A stretch of DNA of 64,000 nt from the human T2T-CHM13v2.0 reference genome, Homo sapiens. The notes below the pieces were generated by a model. That model did no database searches. It had not been told where the DNA came from and worked only from the letters and a program-made list of their open reading frames with translations. Below are positions 54,749 to 64,000 of the stretch, one piece after another. The stretch lies in NCBI RefSeq assembly GCF_009914755.1, contig NC_060932.1; one strand, written 5' to 3'. Position 1 is the first letter of the stretch. Each line of letters begins with the position of its first letter. A program made the position numbers and the translations under genes.

Positions 54749-55157
54749 ACAGAGACAGAGGGAGGAGAAAGAAGAGAGACTGGTAAAATTTTGGGGGATT
54801 ATAGAGACAAAAAGCATGAGGAAGTTGCCTCAGGAACTCATAGAAAATGTGGGGCCTCTCACAAGATTGTTAGACTTTTAAAACATAAATTTTTATTTTA
54901 CAGAAAAGTTGCAAAGATAATTGAGTTCTCTTAAATTTCTCACTCAGTTTTCCCTAATGGTAACATCTTATATTACCATGGTACATTTATGAAAATGAAG
55001 AAACTGAAAATGCAGCATTACTATTAACTAAGCTCCACGCTTTATTTGGATTTCACAAGTTTTTCCACGAATGTCTTTTTCTGTTCTAGGAGCCAGTCCA
55101 GAATCCCACATTGTAATTTTTGGAGATGGATTTTGAGGCAAATGTAATCATCCCTAA

Positions 55158-55388
<231 letters not shown>

Positions 55389-55399
55389 TAGACGAAATC

Positions 55400-55732
<333 letters not shown>

Positions 55733-57910
55733 TAATGAGGAAATGATACAGATGATGATTTGGACCCAAGGCTGTTGAAAAATTGTTACTTTTTTCCTGG
55801 GGTATTGTATTAATCAGGGGAGATTTTACAAGGGTGGATGAGTAGAGAAAAAGGGGTAGGTACGCCTCACCACAGGCAAGCGTGGAGTAACATATTTTGA
55901 GAGAACCTATCCAAGTTGCACGTATGCAGGTGACATGCTCATGGCTATGATGAAGACCTGGAGGAGGAAAAGGCCAGAAAGCTGCAGACAACCCAGCAGT
56001 GTCAAGCACAGAGGCTGGTTTTCACTGAGAACGATGTAAGAAGGAACAACATCGCGGCCTTGATGAAGCCACAGTGATGCTACCCAGGGACTCTGCAGAG
56101 CTGCCAGTCTCCTGCAACTCCACAGAGCCTGGACAGGGCAGCAGAAGGTGCACCTCTGAGGAGCAAAGGATGCAGGGCTTCTGTGGGCCTGGCTCTCAGG
56201 GAAGCATCAGGGACCGTGATTAGAAAGTTTACGTCTGAGTGCTGGCCCTTCAGTAAAGGCCTGTGTGACTTCTGGCAGGCTCCTGTCAGTCCTGAGTCTC
56301 TTCATCTATAAAATGAAAAGACGTCTGGTGAGATGGTTTCTCAGGACAGTTACGGCTCCAACATGATGCCACGGCAATTATAACATAAACAATGCCTTAT
56401 GTTTGTAAATGATCTAGGCTTTTCTGAGCTGTTTCGAGGAAGTTATTGCATTTTATCCTTATGACAACACTGAGAGGATGAGAAAAAAATATTACCTGCA
56501 TTTTATTACTCCTTTCCCCAGTAGGGTGTTGATACCCTCTAGATCATTCCAAGCTCTGGGGAAATCCAAGGCTCCTCCCACAGTGCACACCCAGATGTCT
56601 GCGTGTTCTGGGAGATTATGTGGTTGCAGTCACAGTCACTTTCCTTCTGGGCTGTCACAGCTTCATCTCGGATCTCTGCTGTGTAGCATGTCAACTCAAA
56701 TGTGAAACTTAGATTCATTGCCACAAAAGAGTCCATCACACTGTGTTTCTGAGTGTGGTGGTCTATGATGGGGATTGGGACAGAGGGCCAATGGAGGAGG
56801 TGTTCCCATTTCAGGAATGTGAATAGAACAGGGGACCGAAGGGTATCTTCTGTCCCTTTATTACCAAGGGTGTCTTCACAGGCCCTTCTCATTTTGTCTA
56901 AGCCTTGGGGATGGGCTCTCAGCAGAACAAAGAAAGAAGCCCATTCTGGGAGGAGGAAGCAGCTTGAGCAGAGGTGACTGTGGGGACTGCCAGGCATGGT
57001 GGGGGATAGCGGGAGACTGTGGGAGTGAAACTGGGAGTGAAAGCCAATCTCTCCAGGCTTCCTGGCACTGCGTTTATTCTTCTGCTATACACTTACCATA
57101 ATCTGTCTCGTATCCTAGTTTGTTAAAATTTTTATTGAAGTGAAATTCATGTAACATAACTATTTCAAAGTGTACAGTTCCGCAGCATTCGGTACATTCA
57201 CAATGGCTTACAATCATCACCTCTACCTAGTTCTAAAGCAGTTTTAGCTCCAAAGGAGACCCTATTACTCTCAGCTTTCCCTCTTCAATCGGCCCTGGGT
57301 CACAATGAATCTGCATTTTGTCCATACGGATTTACCTATTTTGGAGATTTCATATAAATGGAATCGAAGGTTGCCCAGGGGACAGATGAAAAGGCTGGAA
57401 TTTAGCTCAAACAGTTCAGGATCCAGGACAGTTCCAGGCATCATGGGAGAGGGATGCTGTGATGCGTGCTCTCAGTTCTTTTATGTGTTTGGGGAGCCTG
57501 ACTGGAATGGATAGTAGGTGGCCACAAAACCACAAATGGCATTCCATTTAAAACTGCGAGCTCCTGGCAGGCAGGGAGTTGGTTTGATTTTTTGCTGTGT
57601 CCTCTGCTCTGGGCCTTGAGTAGCCTTGGTAAGTTCTGGTTCTAACTTAAACAATACATAGAGGTTGGTGCCATGGAGGGCAGGCGTAGAGCAGAGGGTT
57701 GGTTAGAGCCCACTGAGTTCTCATCCAGGGCATTAGTATGGAATGGGAAAAAGGGAGTGGGCAATAGTTGGATGTGTGGGTTTATGTCCTGACTCTGCCA
57801 TGGACCAAAAACATGATCTTGGGCCGGCTGTCTTCCCACTGGACCCCACAAAGTTGTAAACAGAGTGGAGCAAGAGAACGGATGTGAAGGAGACTTTTAA
57901 AGTGAAAACC

Positions 57911-58654
57911 ATATGTGTGTGTGTGTGTGTGTGTATATGTACACACACACACACACACATATACGTAATATGTGTGTATGTGTGTATATATATGTGTGTG
58001 TATATATATGTGTGTGTGTGTATATATATATATATGTGTATATATATCAGCACAGTAGGGCTGGTCATATGGGCCAGCCCCATATGACCCTAATATATTA
58101 TGTATTAATGTATATAACTAATGTATATTATTACTAATTATATTAGTATATTGTATATATTACTAATATGTAACTAATGTAGTATATATATTACAGATAT
58201 ACATATGTATATGAGATATATGTATATACATATGTATATGAGATATATGTATATACATATGTGTATGAGATATATGTATATACATATGTGTATGAGATAT
58301 ATGTATATACATATGTGTATGAGATATATGTATATACATATGTGTATGAGATATATGTATATACATATGTGTATGAGATATATGTATATACATATGTGTA
58401 TGAGATATATGTATATACATATGTGTATGAGATATATGTATATACATATGTGTATGAGATATATGTATATACATATGTGTATGAGATATATGTATATACA
58501 TATGTGTATGAGATATATGTATATACATATGTGTATGAGATATATGTATATACATATGTGTATGAGATATATGTATATACATATGTGTATGAGATATATG
58601 TATATATGTGTATATGTGTATATATGTGTGTGTGTGTATATATATATATATGTA

Positions 58655-58717
<63 letters not shown>
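57911..58717. repeat. Compound (TG)/(CA)/(TA) microsatellite with a 27-bp minisatellite (~15 copies, 58197-58606) and a terminal (TA)n run
   Basis: Unit tatgagatatatgtatatacatatgtg; GAG recurs every 27 bp from 58213 to 58591; pure TA run ~58665-58717. Confidence 0.95.
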
Positions 58718-58720
<3 letters not shown>

Positions 58721-59594
58721 GGTCCAGGCCTCATACTAACATATAGAACACAATCTTCAAATCTGCAGAGCTTTCAGCAAGCATATCTTTCTGTGAGAGA
58801 AGGAAGAACTTGGGTCCAGTTCCAAGCTCTTTCATGTCTTAGCAGCCGTGCCCTTGTGTAAGTCATTTAATCACACTGAGCTTCAATTTCCTCATCTGCA
58901 AAATGAAGTTAATGCGATTGTTTACTTGGTGTGGTGGTGTTTCATTGCCATTATTCTTAGCATTCCTGTTGAATGCTTTTGACAAGAGATTTCAGAAACA
59001 CTTCCTCATCATGTCCCCGACTGCCTGGCACCTCTATATATGAGGGCACAACTGCTTCTGTCTGCTTGGATGAAGAGTAGCAAGTTAGCACCACACATTA
59101 ACTATGTGCAGTGCAAATGGATTATTTTCACAGAATTTAGTATCAAGTTATACCCCATTCCCGTTTATTTGCTTTTACACCAGGGGAGTAGAACCATTGT
59201 TAGAAAAAAAATGTCCCACTATTGCGGTGTGATGCATCACTGGGCAAGCTGGGCGGGTCAGATGGAGATGGGGCAGACCAGCCCCACTGTGCTGATGTTG
59301 GTAACTGCTCAGATGAGATGCCTTGACAAGCGTGGGAAAGACAGTAGATTCCATTCATCTCCTGGGTATCCTCATTGACACAGTGCCTGATTTATGGAAA
59401 GTCTGAACTCCACAGAGGGTACAAGTAGAGAATGTCTTTACTTTTTCCAACCACTGCCATCTCTTACTCTGATGGATTTTTCTTCCCAGCCCTGTGAAAA
59501 ATCAGAAAAATCTCATTGTTCTCTGTGATTTTAGTTATTAGAATGTTTTGTTTTGGTGATCATGATTTATATTTAATTATTAAAAAGTAGTCCA

Positions 59595-59886
59595 GGCCTT
59601 GGCACGATGGCTCATGCCTGTAATCTCAGCACTTTGGGAGGCCAAGGCAGGAGGATCACTTGAGGCCAGGAGTTCAAGACCAGCATGGGTGACAGAGACT
59701 CCATATCTACAAAAAAATTTTTTAAAAATTAGCCAGACATTGTGGCATGCACCTGTAGTCCTAGCTACTCAGGAGGCTGAGGCAGAGGGATCACCAGAGC
59801 CCAGGAGTTCAAGGTTACAATGAGATATGATCACACCACTGCACTCCAGCCTGGGCAACAGGGTGAGACACTATCTCAGAAAAAAA
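59595..59886 (+). mobile_element. AluJ
   Basis: Dimer with gaggccaggagttcaagacc and gagcccaggagttcaagg J-type diagnostics. Confidence 0.88.
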
Positions 59887-61289
59887 TCCAGTCTGGTGTA
59901 AATCAAAATTTTAACATCATATGCAGTTAAAACTTTTTCCTTCCCTCCCAGTTCAGTACTAACCTGTTAGGAATGCTCTACTCTTTCTCTCTTCCTATCA
60001 CCCCTCCTGTTCCTGGCTCTTACAGTGTGTCAGATGGATGGGCTCGTCCTGGTGGCCGGCCTCTGAAGTGGGTACCAGCAGCAGTGGTGCAGTGGCTGTC
60101 CTCCATGAGGCCCCTCAGCCAGCAGGTTCTTGGAGGCCACCGCCCTTCCACTGCCCTCTCTCCTCTTCCTGAGGTTCTACCCTGTTCCTACTGCCGGAAT
60201 TTTCTGGACAAAAAGCAGAAACTAATTTATATGTTCACGTCTGTTCTCAAGCTCCTGGGGACTGATAAACTCTCCAAAAGCTGAACACATTTCACTCCAG
60301 AGTGGCCCTGGCACTTAGCATCTCACCTGTGAGTGAGGTGTCAGGTTCCCCTTCCTGCAGGCATCCCCACATTTTTTTGAAGAGTCTTTGGAGCCCTCCT
60401 CATTTGGCCAGGGACTGGGGGTCATCCCTTCCCCTCCTTCATGGGAAACAGGAGAGGAAATGCTCCCCACTCTTCTCTGGCGACTCCCTCCTCTGATGGG
60501 TTCTCCTACTTTAACCAGGTTCCTTTAAATGACACTTTAAGAACAATTACATAGGCTGATAAGGATGGTGAGGTGAGGGTCTCAAGGCCAGTTTGGCACC
60601 TCCTAGACAGTTCTGGAGATGGCGTCTGTCAGGTTCTTGGTGCTGTTTTTAGAATATAGGAGAATATTATCTATTCTCTTAAACTTTGAGATCTTAGCTA
60701 AAATTTTTAGACACAGCAGAAGTCAATATGCTAAGAGGCTGTGAGTGTTTGGAAGATGTATTAGTTAAGGCAGTGCTAGCTGCTGTAACAGATATACCTG
60801 AAATCCCAGTGGCTTAAAGTGCCAGATGCTTATTTCTTGCTGACTGGCAGTCTAGTCACTAGTGGAATGAGGTTGGGTCCTGGATTGATGGGGACTGTGC
60901 CATCTTCAACACCTGCTGGCAGATGAGGAAAGAGAGAAAGGAAGTGGAAGATCAGATGCAAGGGTTTAGCAGTCCAGACATGGGCATGGCATCTGTCACT
61001 TCTCTTCATATACTTTGGCCACAACTCAGTGATGCAATCACAACTAACTGCAAGGGAGACTGGGAAACATGACTCACTAGACGACCAGGAAGAAGGTGAG
61101 ACGGCTTGAGAAGCAGTGGATCAGTCTCTGGCACCAAAGCTTTCAATCAATGATCAACCTTCAGAGTTTAGGATAGTGGAAAGCCAGCTCTGGAAGGGAT
61201 GGTAGAGGTCATTTAGGCCAGAAGTTTTCCACCAGGGCGGTATTGCCCCTGTAGGGACCACTCATTTGGAAGTAGGTGGTGCTGTTTTA

Positions 61290-61916
61290 AAAAATGTTTT
61301 TAAAAAATTTTAATTGACAAATAATTGTGTGCATATATGTAGAGGACAATGTAATGTTATTTATTCATTTATTCATTTTTTTTTTTGAGACGGAGTCTCA
61401 TTCTGTCACACAGGCTGGAGTGCAGTGGCACATCTGGGCTCACTGCAACCTCTGCCTCCTGGACTCAAGCAATCCTCCTTTCTCAGCCTGCAGAGTAGCT
61501 GGGACCACAGGTGTGCACCTCCACGCCCAGCTAATTTTCTTATTTTTTGGTAGACATGGGGTTTTGCCACATTGTACAGGCTGGTCTCAAACTCCTGAGC
61601 TTAAGCAGTCTGCCTGCCTTGGCTTCCCAAAGTGCTGGGATTACAGGCATGAGCCACCATGCCTAGCCTATTTATTTATTTTCAATGTGATGTTTTGATC
61701 TATGTGTACATTATGGAAAGAGTCAGTCAAGCTAATCCATCACCTCACCAATTTATCGCTTTTTTGTGTGTGGTGAGAATGTTAAAAATCTATCTTAGCA
61801 ACTTTGAATTCCAGTCTAACTGAAACTTTCTACACTATGATCCATATCCTCCTTTTCCCCATCCCTCCTCCTCCCACAAATCTCAGCCTCTCGTAACCAC
61901 CTTTCTGCTCTGTTTC
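61290..61916 (-). mobile_element. L1MA(9/10-like) 3' end with an antisense AluJ at ~61365-61668
   Basis: ttttaattgacaaataattg...ttgatctatgtgtacattatggaaagagtcagtcaagctaat...gtaaccacctttctgctctgtttct. Confidence 0.7.
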
Positions 61917-62300
61917 TTTTTTTTTTTTTTTTAATACTTTAAGTTTTAGGGTACATGTGCACAATGTGCAGGTTAGTTACATATGTATACATGTACCATG
62001 CTGGTGCGCTGCACCCACTAACTCGTCATCTAGCATTAGGTATATCTCCCAATGCTATCCCTCCCCCTTCCCCCCACCCCACAACAGTCCCCAGAGTGTG
62101 ATATTCCCCTTCCTGTGTCCATGTGATCTCATTGTTCAATTCCCACCTATGAGTGAGAATATGCGGTGTTTGGTTTTTTGTTCTTGTGATAGTTTACTGA
62201 GAATGATGATTTCCAATTTCATCCATGTCCCTACAAAGGACATGAACTCATCATTTTTTATGGCTGCATAGTATTCCATGGTGTATATGTGCCACATTTT
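61917..62300 (-). mobile_element. L1PA2/3-like 3' end (host of the next L1)
   Basis: T tail, then ...gcacaatgtgcagg...aactcgtcatc...acaacagtcccc...gatgatttcc; breaks off at gccacatttt. Confidence 0.9.

Positions 62301-64000
<1,700 letters not shown>

Noticed and set aside
54275-54817. 180-aa ORF as a domesticated integrase
   Set aside because: It is a chimera of microsatellite and frameshifted ERV-L integrase; the motifs are spread over different frames and the first catalytic Asp region is disrupted.
56539-56997. 152-aa minus-strand ORF in unique DNA
   Set aside because: No recognisable domain, splice context or promoter, and the length is within chance for this GC content.
58163-58746. 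Long repetitive ORFs (MYIHISHTH)n and (MCMRYMYIH)n; CRISPR-like periodicity
   Set aside because: These are translations of a stop-free 27-bp tandem repeat. There are no unique spacers or cas genes, and the context is eukaryotic.

Overview
Hominid (human or great-ape) genomic DNA, recognisable as the FAM91A1-FER1L6 locus (8q24.13 in human, from recall). Positions 334-14947 (+) hold the last nine coding exons of FAM91A1. All have GT-AG borders and compatible phases and splice into one frame ending ...SLLIANLHLQ*. A ~2.7-kb 3' UTR follows, with poly(A) signals at 15411 and 17661. The rest is repeat-rich intergenic or intronic DNA: Alu/FLAM, MIR, L2, old L1M, MaLR/ERVL LTRs, an ERV-L integrase/dUTPase fragment, Charlie1/MER44/MER53/MER20 DNA transposons, microsatellites and a 27-bp minisatellite. 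A probable TATA-driven non-coding first exon of FER1L6 lies at ~52.0-52.2 kb, and a young L1 with an open ORF2 C-terminus runs off the right edge. Nearly all ORF-track entries are spurious. I found no CRISPR, tRNA, rRNA or convincing new protein-coding system. Best leads: two inverted Alus sharing a tract of non-consensus variants around the putative FER1L6 promoter; a uORF-packed first exon; an L1-in-L1-in-L1 nest; a twin-primed L1 inside an Alu linker; an inverted-repeat-bracketed palindromic minisatellite; a co-oriented LTR cluster with a DUX4 site; and an unexplained CpG-retaining, hairpin-rich ~160-bp segment just past the FAM91A1 poly(A) site. Repeat subfamily names come from recalled consensus sequences and are approximate.
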